A stretch of DNA of 64,000 bases from Parcubacteria group bacterium RIFCSPLOWO2_01_FULL_48_18 (GTDB lineage Bacteria > Patescibacteriota > Minisyncoccia > UBA6257 > WO2-01-48-18): the NCBI GenBank assembly GCA_001824435.1, contig MHXH01000018.1, positions 1,458 through 65,457 on the forward strand, in the 5' to 3' direction. Shown in pieces: positions 10,087-18,236 of the stretch (positions within the stretch are counted from its first letter, which is position 1; each line of letters begins with the position of its first letter). A model generated the notes under the pieces. That model was not told the DNA's origin, searched no databases, and saw only the letters and a program-made list of their open reading frames with translations. Position numbers and translations under genes: made by a program.

Positions 10087-10272
10087 TCTAAGGGCTTGTA
10101 AATAAATAACCTTCCCATCTCGCTTCCATCTTCACCCCATCTTCGGCTTTTCCTCAATCGCAGAATCTTCACCGTAGCGCTGCTACGCTTCAGATTCCGC
10201 TCAATCGGAAAAACCGAATCTGGGGCAAATCTGTAACCGAATCTGCAAAGGTTATTTATTTACAAGCCCTAA
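10087..10272. repeat. Intergenic inverted-repeat element: 23-bp perfect terminal inverted repeats (26 bp with one mismatch) around a roughly 133-bp internally quasi-palindromic core
   Basis: AGGGCTTGTAAATAAATAACCTT at 10091-10113 is the exact reverse complement of AAGGTTATTTATTTACAAGCCCT at 10247-10269. The core has imperfect dyad symmetry (ccccatcttcgg...ccgaatctgggg) and direct repeats of ccgaatctg. Confidence 0.85.
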
Positions 10273-10274
10273 GC

Positions 10275-10302
10275 CTTGAAAAATTGGACATGCATGGTAT
10301 AT
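10275..10302 (+). promoter_or_regulatory. Sigma70-like promoter for ftsH: TTGAAA, 16-nt spacer, TGgTATATT
   Basis: -35 TTGAAA at 10275-10280; extended -10 at 10294-10302, duplicated again at 10308-10316; it abuts the right arm of the inverted-repeat element. Confidence 0.4.
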
Positions 10303-10358
10303 TATAATGGTATATTATATAGAGAATATCAATTAAAAGGTGGTTAGCATATTATTTC

Positions 10359-12218
10359 ATGCGGAAGAAGCGCATCTATTCCATGACCAATTTTAGCAAA
10401 AATATTCTTTGGGCAATTGCGACGCTTCTGCTCACGGCATTATTATTTGCCTCGCTCGCGGACAACCAAGAAAAGCCGCAGGTGATTTCTCTCAATGAGT
10501 TGGCCGCAAAAGCGAATGCCAACGAAGTGGCAAAAGTCGTCGTTCAGAAAAATGACTTGAAAATTGAACTCAAAAACGGCGGCAAGCTCGTGTCAAAAAA
10601 GGAATTCGATTCAAGCTTGACGGAAACGCTCGTGAATTTCGGCGTTGAAAAAACCGCGCTCTCGCAAGTGGCGATCGAGATTAAAGAAGAATCCGGATTC
10701 AAATTTTGGGCCAGCGTAATTATTCCAGCAATACTCCCGCTCATTTTTATCGGGTTCCTGTTTTGGTTTTTGATGCGCCAGGCGTCGCGCGGAGCAAGCC
10801 AGGCATTTTCGTTCGGAAAAGTAAATCTTAAACTGTTTACCCATTTCAAGGATAAGATCACCTTCAAGGACGTTGCCGGCCTTAAAGAAGCCAAAGAAGA
10901 ACTGAAAGAGGTCGTGGACTTTTTGAGCCATCCGAAAAAGTTTCTGGAAATCGGGGCAAGAATTCCGAGAGGGGCGCTGCTCATGGGCCCGCCGGGAACC
11001 GGAAAGACGCTTCTCGCGCGCGCAGTAGCCGGCGAAGCAAACGTGCCGTTCTTCCATATCTCCGGCTCTGAATTCGTGGAGATGTTCGTCGGCGTAGGCG
11101 CTTCGCGGGTGCGGGATCTTTTCGCCACCGCCAAAAAAGCAGCTCCGGCGATCATCTTCGTCGACGAAATTGATGCCGTGGGCCGCGAACGCGGCGCAGG
11201 GCTCGGCGGCGGCCACGACGAACGCGAACAAACCCTGAATCAAATTCTGGTTGAAATGGACGGCTTTGATCGCGATACCAATATCATTGTGATTGCGGCG
11301 ACCAATCGCCCCGACATTTTGGATCCGGCCCTGCTTCGGCCGGGACGCTTTGACCGCAGAGTCGTATTAGACATGCCCGACATCAATGACCGTGAAGAGA
11401 TTTTAAAAATTCATGCCAAAAACAAACCGCTCGCGGAGGGCGTCGATCTAAGAAAAGTAGCCACTCGCACACCAGGATTTGCGGGAGCAGATCTTGCGAA
11501 CGTAATAAACGAAGCCGCGATTTTTACTGCACGGCAGAACAAAAAAATAATCGAACAAAGTGCTCTCTACGAATCAATTGAAAAGGTGCTCTTGGGTCCC
11601 GAGCGTAAAAGCCGTATCATCTCGCAGAAAGAGAAAGAAATCACCGCGTATCATGAAGCCGGTCACGCGCTTGTTGCTTCAAGTTTGCCGAACGCCGATC
11701 CGGTGCATAAAGTTTCCATTATTGCGCGCGGGAGGGCCGGGGGGTACACATTAAAACTTCCCACCGAAGATCGCAACCTGCGCACGCGATCGCAATTCCT
11801 TACCGATTTAGCGGTATATCTTGGCGGTTATGCGGCGGAAAAAATCGTTTTCAAAGAACTGTCCACCGGGGCGTCGAATGACCTGAAGGAAGCATCCGAG
11901 CTGGCGCGCAAGCTCATCACCAAGTACGGCATGAGCGAAAAGTTGGGTCCCGTGACGTTCGGCAAGTCGGAGGAAATGATTTTCCTCGGAAGAGAAATTG
12001 CAACGGAGAAAAATTATTCCGAGGAAACAGCCGCCCAAATCGACAAAGAGGTCAATCGTTTTATCACGAACGCGTATCAGACGGCCCATGACGTCATCAT
12101 GAAGCATTTTAAGGTGCTCGAAGGGATCGCGCGAGCGTTGATTGAAAGAGAAACCCTTGAGCAGGAGGAATTCGTAGATCTTGTCAAAAAGTTCAAATTG
12201 AAACTGGTGGGAGCGTAA
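10359..12218 (+). CDS. ftsH: ATP-dependent zinc metalloprotease FtsH
   Basis: N-terminal TM segments, AAA Walker A GPPGTGKT, second region of homology, and protease HEAGHA zinc motif; 619 aa. Confidence 0.95.
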   Translation: MRKKRIYSMTNFSKNILWAIATLLLTALLFASLADNQEKPQVISLNELAAKANANEVAKVVVQKNDLKIELKNGGKLVSKKEFDSSLTETLVNFGVEKTALSQVAIEIKEESGFKFWASVIIPAILPLIFIGFLFWFLMRQASRGASQAFSFGKVNLKLFTHFKDKITFKDVAGLKEAKEELKEVVDFLSHPKKFLEIGARIPRGALLMGPPGTGKTLLARAVAGEANVPFFHISGSEFVEMFVGVGASRVRDLFATAKKAAPAIIFVDEIDAVGRERGAGLGGGHDEREQTLNQILVEMDGFDRDTNIIVIAATNRPDILDPALLRPGRFDRRVVLDMPDINDREEILKIHAKNKPLAEGVDLRKVATRTPGFAGADLANVINEAAIFTARQNKKIIEQSALYESIEKVLLGPERKSRIISQKEKEITAYHEAGHALVASSLPNADPVHKVSIIARGRAGGYTLKLPTEDRNLRTRSQFLTDLAVYLGGYAAEKIVFKELSTGASNDLKEASELARKLITKYGMSEKLGPVTFGKSEEMIFLGREIATEKNYSEETAAQIDKEVNRFITNAYQTAHDVIMKHFKVLEGIARALIERETLEQEEFVDLVKKFKLKLVGA

Positions 12219-12233
12219 TAGTTGATCTTCCCG

Positions 12234-12256
12234 CCCCGCGTGTGCGGGGTTTTGTC
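12234..12256 (+). terminator. Rho-independent terminator after ftsH
   Basis: CCCCGC-gtgt-GCGGGG hairpin followed by TTTTG. Confidence 0.6.
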
Positions 12257-12329
12257 TTGGTAGCCCCAGTTTTTTGTCGTACATGCGCTCAAGCTTTCAC
12301 ATGATCCGGCGGTCGGTTATAATAACACC

Positions 12330-13406
12330 ATGAGATTGGATAAAATTTTTAAAGAAGCCCTCGAGCGCGGCGCATCTGATATTTTCATCACTACGGGCAG
12401 CAGACCTGTGTTTCGGATTGCGGGCAATCTTGTTTTAAAAGAAGATCACGCCGTTCTCACCGATGAAACTGCGAGTTTGTACCTTTTTGAGATTATGGGG
12501 GAGGCGAATGTTAAGAAGTTTAAAGAAGAATTGGACATCGACCTTTCGATTGAGGTGCCTGCGGTGGCTCGATTCCGTGTGAACATATTCATGCAGCGCA
12601 AGGGAATCGGCGGGGTCTTTCGTCTCATCCCGTCTAAAATTCCCACCATGGAAGATTTGAGCTTGCCAGAGTCGTTTAAGAAGATACCCTCGTTTCAGAA
12701 TGGCCTTATACTCGTAACCGGGCCGACGGGCTGCGGTAAATCAACAACGCTTGCCGCCATCATCAACGACATCAATATAAATACGGATGCTCACATTATA
12801 ACCATTGAAGATCCGATAGAATTCGTCTACGAGAATAAAAAATCAATCATAGAGCAGCGTGAAGTCCGTACGCACACGCAAAGTTTTCAAAACGCTTTGC
12901 GCGCGACGTTACGCGAGGATCCTGATGTAATTTTGGTCGGCGAGATGCGAGATTTGGAAACAATCGCGCTCGCGATTACAGCCGCGGAAACAGGGCATCT
13001 GGTATTCGCCACGCTGCATACCAGCGGAGCCGCAAAGACAATCGACCGCATTATCAACGTTTTTCCCGGAGATCGTCAGGCCCAGGTTCGTTCTGAACTT
13101 TCCGAGGCTCTTCGAGCAGTCATTTGGAAAAAACTTCTGAAACGCGTGGATGGCGGAGTTGTGGGAGCGCACGAAGTCCTCTTCGTGAACACGGCAACGG
13201 CAAATCTTATTCGGGAAAACAAAACTCACCAAATTTCATCGGTGATAGAAATGGGCGTACAAGAAGGGATGCAAACGATGGAAAAAAACGTCGAGTTTTT
13301 GCTGGACCAAGGTATTATCAGTCTGGAAGAGGCGGCGAAACATCTTCCTCCGGAACAATTGGAAAAACTACAAAAATTGCAAAAGCAGCGCGGAAAACCC
13401 CGTTAG
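12330..13406 (+). CDS. pilT: Type IV pilus retraction ATPase PilT/PilU family
   Basis: PilT N-terminus MRLDKIFKEALERGASDIF, Walker A GPTGCGKSTT, GSP-II ATPase architecture; 358 aa. Confidence 0.85.
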   Translation: MRLDKIFKEALERGASDIFITTGSRPVFRIAGNLVLKEDHAVLTDETASLYLFEIMGEANVKKFKEELDIDLSIEVPAVARFRVNIFMQRKGIGGVFRLIPSKIPTMEDLSLPESFKKIPSFQNGLILVTGPTGCGKSTTLAAIINDININTDAHIITIEDPIEFVYENKKSIIEQREVRTHTQSFQNALRATLREDPDVILVGEMRDLETIALAITAAETGHLVFATLHTSGAAKTIDRIINVFPGDRQAQVRSELSEALRAVIWKKLLKRVDGGVVGAHEVLFVNTATANLIRENKTHQISSVIEMGVQEGMQTMEKNVEFLLDQGIISLEEAAKHLPPEQLEKLQKLQKQRGKPR

Positions 13407-13579
13407 AACGGGCATCTCGCCAAGCTTGACTTGGCTTTGTGACCGACTGATAGAGTGTTAAGCTTCCATCAGTCATTGCTGTCGCCGACCCGCTTCGTCA
13501 AAGCTTCAACGAGACTAGCACGAATCAGCAGCGTTCTAGCGGGATAAATAATTCTTTCGGCGTCCATGCGTATACGACT

Positions 13580-13665
13580 GCCGAGGTGGTGGAATGGCAG
13601 ACACGCAGGACTCAAAATCCTGTGCTCGCAAGGGCATGAGGGTTCGACTCCCTCCCTCGGCACCA
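13580..13665 (+). tRNA. tRNA-Leu (anticodon CAA), type II with long variable arm, CCA encoded
   Basis: Hand-folded: acceptor GCCGAGG/CCTCGGC, anticodon loop CTCAAAA, T-arm GAGGG-TTCGACT-CCCTC, 3' ACCA. Confidence 0.85.
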
Positions 13666-13790
13666 GACAGAAAAACATCGGCTCGAACCATATTTTACGG
13701 AATCGGGAATTTCTTTTTGCCCCGAAAACTCCATACGATTTGGTCGCCGAGCGAAGCGAGGCGACATCTGAATCTTTGACATTTCCAACA

Positions 13791-13878
13791 TGGTGCCCGG
13801 GGTGGGAGTCGAACCCACAAGCCCTGTTAGGGGCCGAGGATTTTAAGTCCTCTGCGTAAACCATTCCGCCACCCGGGC
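13791..13878 (-). tRNA. tRNA-Leu (anticodon TAA), type II, CCA encoded
   Basis: Reverse complement gives GCCCGGGTGGCGGAATGG...GAGGA-CTTAAAA-TCCTC...GGGTTCGACTCCCACCCCGGGCACCA. Confidence 0.85.
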
Positions 13879-13993
13879 ATTAAACTAAAATCTAGAATTT
13901 AAAATCCGAAAAAAAGTTCGCGGAGGCCACGGCGACAATTGCACTTTCGTATAACGGTTTTGTTCCCTATTTGTCCAAAATTGAAGAACAATT

Positions 13994-14053
13994 TTGGTTA
14001 CAAACAGCAATCCCGCTCAAAAATTGGTTACAAACAGCAATCCCGCTCAAAAA
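13994..14053. repeat. Perfect tandem direct repeat, 2 x 30 bp (TTGGTTACAAACAGCAATCCCGCTCAAAAA), immediately 3' of tRNA-Cys
   Basis: Exact duplication at 13994-14023 and 14024-14053. Confidence 0.9.
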
Positions 14054-14061
14054 TTTGACCG

Positions 14062-14133
14062 AGGCCGGGATGGGAATCGAACCCACGTATAAGAGTTTTG
14101 CAGACTCTCGCCTTACCACTTGGCTACCCGGCC
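14062..14133 (-). tRNA. tRNA-Cys (anticodon GCA)
   Basis: Reverse complement GGCCGGGTAGCCAAGTGGTAAGGCGAGAGT-CTGCAAA-ACTCT...GTGGGTTCGATTCCCATCCCGGCCT; discriminator U, no encoded CCA. Confidence 0.8.
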
Positions 14134-14148
14134 AAATTTTTGCGCGGG

Positions 14149-14190
14149 ACAGACCGTCGTGTTAGCTACTTCACCACCCGGCCACAACTT
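14149..14190 (-). pseudogene. Truncated tRNA-like fragment resembling the 5' half of tRNA-Cys
   Basis: Reverse complement GGCCGGGTGGTGAAGTAGCTAACACGACGGTCTGTCC shares GGCCGGGT...AAGT...CGA..GTCTG with the adjacent tRNA-Cys 5' half but has no T-arm. Confidence 0.3.
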
Positions 14191-14285
14191 TGCCCGAAAC
14201 AAATGACTACCACACTGCTTGGTTACCACGCCTGCGTTCAAGTTAAGAACGGGTTAAAAGTTTTTGGGGATTCTTAAGTTGGAAA

Positions 14286-14633
14286 TTACGCAGGGCGACT
14301 AGGGCGCATTGTCTCGTCAAGCAATTTATCTATCCTTTCCGCATTCGCGGACCCTCTATCAATTTTAAAAACCAGGTCGGGGAATGTCCTGATGTTAATT
14401 TTTTTGTTGACCATGCCCTTCAAATAGCGTCCCCGCGCCTGGAGCAGCGTTAGCACGCCCTCGGCTTTCCGAAAAGGATACACGGCTATTACTACCGTTG
14501 CCCTGGCCAAATCCTTGGTGGTTTGCGCATCCAGTACGGTTACCATCGCGCCTTCGAAATCGAAATCTCTTTCGATGATGGTCCCAAGCTCCCTTTTAAT
14601 CAATTCGTTTATTTTATCGATTCGGTGCTTCAA
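14286..14633 (-). CDS. rbfA: Ribosome-binding factor A
   Basis: 115-aa KH-like RbfA sequence directly downstream of infB, the conserved infB-rbfA order. Confidence 0.8.
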   Translation of the reverse strand: MKHRIDKINELIKRELGTIIERDFDFEGAMVTVLDAQTTKDLARATVVIAVYPFRKAEGVLTLLQARGRYLKGMVNKKINIRTFPDLVFKIDRGSANAERIDKLLDETMRPSRPA

Positions 14634-14653
14634 GATACTAAAGACTTCTCGAA

Positions 14654-16147
14654 TTAATAAAAGCGTAATTCGTCTCCTTCCTTAATTATAACATCGCCCT
14701 CGAATAAAATTCCCGCCTCGTTGTCTTTTTCAATCCGGTCAACGTCTTTGCGCTGAGACTGGAGATTGACGATTGTGCCGGATCCTGCTTTTTTCTCCCT
14801 GCGCCAGATTTCGACAGCTGCCTTATTTTTTATCTCCCCTGCCGTTATTTTTCCGCCAACCACTTGCCGTTTTTCAATACCGCGGAACGTGGCAAGTACC
14901 TTCATGACGCCCAGCGGCTCTCGGGGCAACCGCCTTTTAATTTCTTCCTCAACCGCCTTAAGCACGCGGTAAATAACATCGGAGGCGAAAATGGCAATGT
15001 GATTGTTTTTTGCAAGGTTCTCTGCCGATGTATGCACCTTCACATTGAATGCGGCAATTATCGATCCGGTCGAAATGGCCAAATTGACGTCGCCGTTTGT
15101 TATCTCTCCGACGCCAAAATCCACGATGCGAATTTCGATATTTTCTTTACCGAGCCCCTTGAGCAATTCGACAAGCGCCTCGGCAGATCCGGAAACGTCT
15201 GCCCGTACGATAATATTGTACACGTGTTCTTTGTCCGTTTTGAACGGTTGTAAACGAAGCGCGATAGTAACTTCTTCGCGGCGGCGGCGCATCTCTTCTT
15301 CAGCTGCCCTGCCGGCGATAAATTCTTCTCCCACCAGGGGCAATTCATCAAAACCGACAAGCAGCGCCGGCGCAGACGGCTTGACAAGCTTAATCCGCTT
15401 ACCGAAAAAACTCTCCATGATCCGTATTTTCCCTCTTGCGGTAGCAGTCACGATCGCTTCCCCTACTTTCAGGGTGCCGTTCTTCAAAATAACGCTCGCG
15501 GTTGTTCCCCTTTGAGGGTCTGTTCTGGCTTCAATGACGATGCCAGCCGGGTCCCCTGCCGGATCGTACGTCAAGTTTTGGAGCTCCACGGCGATAAGCA
15601 ACAAATCCAGCATCTCGCCGATGCCCTGGCCCGCTTTTGCCGACACTTCCTGATATGAAATATCTCCTCCCATGCCTTCCAGAAATACGCCGGCATCGAG
15701 TAATTCGCGCTTTGTCCTATCGACATCCGCGTTTGATTTGTCGACTTTGTTGATGGCAACGATAAACGGAATTTGCGCGGCCTTGATATGCATGATTGCT
15801 TCTTTTGTTTGTTCTTTAACTCCGTCATCTGCGGCAACAACCAGGATGGCAATATCGGCCACCCGCGCCCCTCGCTGCCGCATGCGCGAAAATGCTTCGT
15901 GGCCCGGCGTGTCAATAAACGTAATCCGCTTGCCGCCATGCACTATTTCATATGCTCCGATGGATTGCGTAATGCCGCCGGCTTCTTTGTCGACAACGTT
16001 GGTTTTCCGTATGGCATCCAGCATCTTTGTCTTTCCGTGATCGACGTGCCCCATTACGACCACCACCGGGGAACGTTCCTCTGGTTTTTTCACCCTTTTT
16101 ATGGTCATGGTACCAATATAGTGTACCATGAGCTTTGGTGAAATCAA
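14654..16147 (-). CDS. infB: Translation initiation factor IF-2, short form (497 aa)
   Basis: GTPase G1 GHVDHGKT, G3 DTPGHEAF, NKVD; the following domains match IF-2 G/II/C1/C2; no long N-terminal domain. Confidence 0.9.
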   Translation of the reverse strand: MISPKLMVHYIGTMTIKRVKKPEERSPVVVVMGHVDHGKTKMLDAIRKTNVVDKEAGGITQSIGAYEIVHGGKRITFIDTPGHEAFSRMRQRGARVADIAILVVAADDGVKEQTKEAIMHIKAAQIPFIVAINKVDKSNADVDRTKRELLDAGVFLEGMGGDISYQEVSAKAGQGIGEMLDLLLIAVELQNLTYDPAGDPAGIVIEARTDPQRGTTASVILKNGTLKVGEAIVTATARGKIRIMESFFGKRIKLVKPSAPALLVGFDELPLVGEEFIAGRAAEEEMRRRREEVTIALRLQPFKTDKEHVYNIIVRADVSGSAEALVELLKGLGKENIEIRIVDFGVGEITNGDVNLAISTGSIIAAFNVKVHTSAENLAKNNHIAIFASDVIYRVLKAVEEEIKRRLPREPLGVMKVLATFRGIEKRQVVGGKITAGEIKNKAAVEIWRREKKAGSGTIVNLQSQRKDVDRIEKDNEAGILFEGDVIIKEGDELRFY

Positions 16148-16177
16148 GCGTTTTCAATACGAAAATGCTATGGTAGG

Positions 16178-16591
16178 GTGTATGGTAATCTAATGATTTC
16201 TGATCGAATAACAATCGGAAAAATCGGAGAAAACCTTGCCGCCGAATACTTGAAAAAAGAGAGGTACGCGATTCTCGATCGAAATTTTAAGACAAAAATC
16301 GGGGAACTCGACATTATAGCGAAGGACAGAAAAAACGTCTTGGTGTTTATCGAAGTAAAAACCCTCGCGGTGCCGGAAAAAAATTTTAAAACCGAACAGC
16401 GGATTTTTCCGGAGGACCACCTCTCTCCAAGCAAATTGAAAAAACTTCTCCGTCTCGCCGAGCTTTATTGCGCCTTGCATGGCGACAAAATTTCCTCCGA
16501 TGCAGAGCGGCGTATCGATCTTGTTGCCATTGACCTTGATCTTGCAAGCGGGAAAACGCATATCCGCCACCTTGAAAATATTATGCCCTAA
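16178..16591 (+). CDS. yraN: YraN/UPF0102 family endonuclease
   Basis: GENLAAEYLKKERYAILDRNFKTKIGELDIIAKDRKNVLVFIEVK matches the YraN signature. Confidence 0.75.
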   Translation: MYGNLMISDRITIGKIGENLAAEYLKKERYAILDRNFKTKIGELDIIAKDRKNVLVFIEVKTLAVPEKNFKTEQRIFPEDHLSPSKLKKLLRLAELYCALHGDKISSDAERRIDLVAIDLDLASGKTHIRHLENIMP

Positions 16592-16667
16592 AGAAGCTCT
16601 TTGCCATTACCAATGTTTTTCTCAAAAACAAAAGCCCTGATGAATATCAAGGCGTTGAAGATGAGGA

Positions 16668-17018
16668 TTATTTTCCCCCGATGATTCTGCGAAGCAATGA
16701 GAGCGTAGAATTTTCCGTGATGAGCGGATTTTCTTTAAGTTGTCCGTTTTCAAACTTGATTTCGCGGTCATTCAACATTACGGTATAGTCCGTCACTCTT
16801 CCAAGCGGGTGCTGCCGGTCAATCTCGGCGATAAGATCGGAGAGCGTAGCGCCTCGCGGCACCGAAATTCTAACATGGGATCCATGGATGGTAACATCCA
16901 CCTCAATGGTGTCGGAGGGCGGTGCGCCTCCCGGTCTCGTCCGTTCTTGCTCGCTCATACATGACTCCTGCTTTGGATTTTTCCGAGGTTCCTTAATCAG
17001 TATAAACGTTTGTTTCAA
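16668..17018 (-). CDS. Ubiquitin-like beta-grasp protein ending ...LSLLRRIIGG-K, probably processed to a C-terminal Gly-Gly. An alternative start at 16958 gives 96 aa.
   Basis: C-terminus RRIIGGK resembles ubiquitin LRLRGG plus one extra residue; about 75-aa beta-grasp-sized core; directly downstream of, and overlapping, the E1-like gene. Confidence 0.6.
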   Translation of the reverse strand: MKQTFILIKEPRKNPKQESCMSEQERTRPGGAPPSDTIEVDVTIHGSHVRISVPRGATLSDLIAEIDRQHPLGRVTDYTVMLNDREIKFENGQLKENPLITENSTLSLLRRIIGGK

Positions 17019-17628
17019 TGGTTGGCAAGTGTTCCATATTCACAGCTATTTCCCACAACTCGCTTCGAGGAATTCTTGAGTTGGAAAAAAACGCCAGCGC
17101 ATTGGAAATTGCGGCCGCGACTACCCAGAGAGTAGGAATCGTTTCTTGATTCGCGCAGGGAGCCGGAACCCCTTCTTCATCGGCATGAAGCGTTCTTTCG
17201 TAGCGCTCGACCAAATCCGGATTGCGAGGGTCAAGAACGTAGACAAGCGCGACGCCTTCCCCGGTTCTTGCATCGATATAGAGAGGGATATTGGCGCGGT
17301 ATTTGCAGGCTTCAAAAACGGCTCTTCGCGCAGCCATGGAATCAACGAGCGTAACGACGATACCGTCAAATTCGTGAGCCGCATCTATTTTTTTGAACTC
17401 TGCTTCTACAGAAGACGTTTCCAGTTCATTGAGTATCTTCTGCAATACCGCCACCTTAGGATAGCCCACGTCGTCCAAGCGGTACAACTGGTTTAAAGCG
17501 TTACGGGGCTCGACGATATCGTGATCAAATACGGTAATTCGCCAATGGAAGGCGCCGGCCATTTTTGAAAGAAGAAACGTCGTGAAGCTTCCGAGGCTTC
17601 CCGCCCCCACGATGTTTATCGAGAACAT
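16993..17628 (-). CDS. E1-like adenylyltransferase (ThiF/MoeB/HesA superfamily)
   Basis: Rossmann GAGSLGS loop and the conserved VFDHDIVEPRNALNQ block (ThiF D.D.VE.SNLNRQ); 211 aa; 1-nt overlap with the JAB gene. Confidence 0.8.
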   Translation of the reverse strand: MFSINIVGAGSLGSFTTFLLSKMAGAFHWRITVFDHDIVEPRNALNQLYRLDDVGYPKVAVLQKILNELETSSVEAEFKKIDAAHEFDGIVVTLVDSMAARRAVFEACKYRANIPLYIDARTGEGVALVYVLDPRNPDLVERYERTLHADEEGVPAPCANQETIPTLWVVAAAISNALAFFSNSRIPRSELWEIAVNMEHLPTIETNVYTD

Positions 17629-18236
17629 TATTCGAAAATCCCGTCTAAGATGTAATCGAAGAGTTTTTCGAAGGGATCATAGACAATGTTCTGTTCGATA
17701 ACCGATTGGATGTGATTTTCTCGCTCGCGCATAAGATGCAGTATGTCTCTTTTTGTGGCTGGATCTGTAAACGCTAGTCCTTCGAACAAAAACGGCGGCT
17801 GCCTCACGGGCTTGAAAACGTCAAGGCGCAGATTCATAGATCCGCGCTTATTCAAGACCAGGCTCATCCACCATTCGTTTAGGGGAATGCTCGACCAGCT
17901 TTCAATGGTTTCATTGTCGGTCTTGCTGAAGCGGGATTCAAAGTATACATGGCTATGCCACCACAGCCGATATTTGTTGATGAGCGGACCTCGGCCTTCA
18001 CGCATCATTTCCTGCGTCCACTTCCCATGCGCCACGGGATCAAACTCCGTTCTGGAATACGAACAAACCTGTCTGAATATGACCGGTTCTCCCGTAATAG
18101 TATAGACGTTTCCGGTTTTCTCTACGAAACCGAGGCCGGATACTTCTGTGGGACAAAGGTGTACGGCGAGGAGCAGGTCTGCGAGCGTGAGAGGATTAAT
18201 GCAAGCTTGCGGTACATCATTATGTTCGCGGTTCAT
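17628..18236 (-). CDS. JAB/MPN+ (JAMM) metalloprotease, candidate Ubl-processing or deconjugating enzyme
   Basis: Complete JAMM motif: E31 in TEVSGLGF, then H94-S-H96-x7-S104-x2-D107 (WWHSHVYFESRFSKTD). Confidence 0.8.
   Translation of the reverse strand: MNREHNDVPQACINPLTLADLLLAVHLCPTEVSGLGFVEKTGNVYTITGEPVIFRQVCSYSRTEFDPVAHGKWTQEMMREGRGPLINKYRLWWHSHVYFESRFSKTDNETIESWSSIPLNEWWMSLVLNKRGSMNLRLDVFKPVRQPPFLFEGLAFTDPATKRDILHLMRERENHIQSVIEQNIVYDPFEKLFDYILDGIFE

Noticed and set aside
9906-10172. N-terminal 89-codon extension of the giant ORF (MKILRLRKSRRW...)
   Set aside because: It overlaps the left arm of the intergenic inverted-repeat element. It has no protein-like features, whereas the internal ATG at 9905 is followed at once by a canonical signal peptide.
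10544-11243. Two minus-strand ORFs of 203 and 210 aa
   Set aside because: Both lie antisense within ftsH, whose identity is unambiguous; they are spurious.
13666-13790. A third tRNA between the convergent tRNA-Leu genes
   Set aside because: No cloverleaf could be folded; only a GTCGCC...GGCGAC hairpin is present, likely a shared bidirectional terminator.
13994-14053. Possible CRISPR array (30-bp direct repeats)
   Set aside because: There are only two units, they are exactly adjacent with no spacer, and no cas genes are present; it is a tandem duplication, not CRISPR.
13469-14165. Small ORFs (131, 97, 61, 68 and 64 aa) across the tRNA cluster
   Set aside because: They overlap hand-folded tRNA-Leu and tRNA-Cys genes and the tandem repeat; ORFs crossing tRNAs are artefacts.
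14062-16147. Prophage or integrative-element remnant adjacent to tRNA-Cys
   Set aside because: No integrase, recombinase or phage structural genes are seen; the flanking genes are infB and rbfA (core). Only the att-like scars are reported, as a finding.
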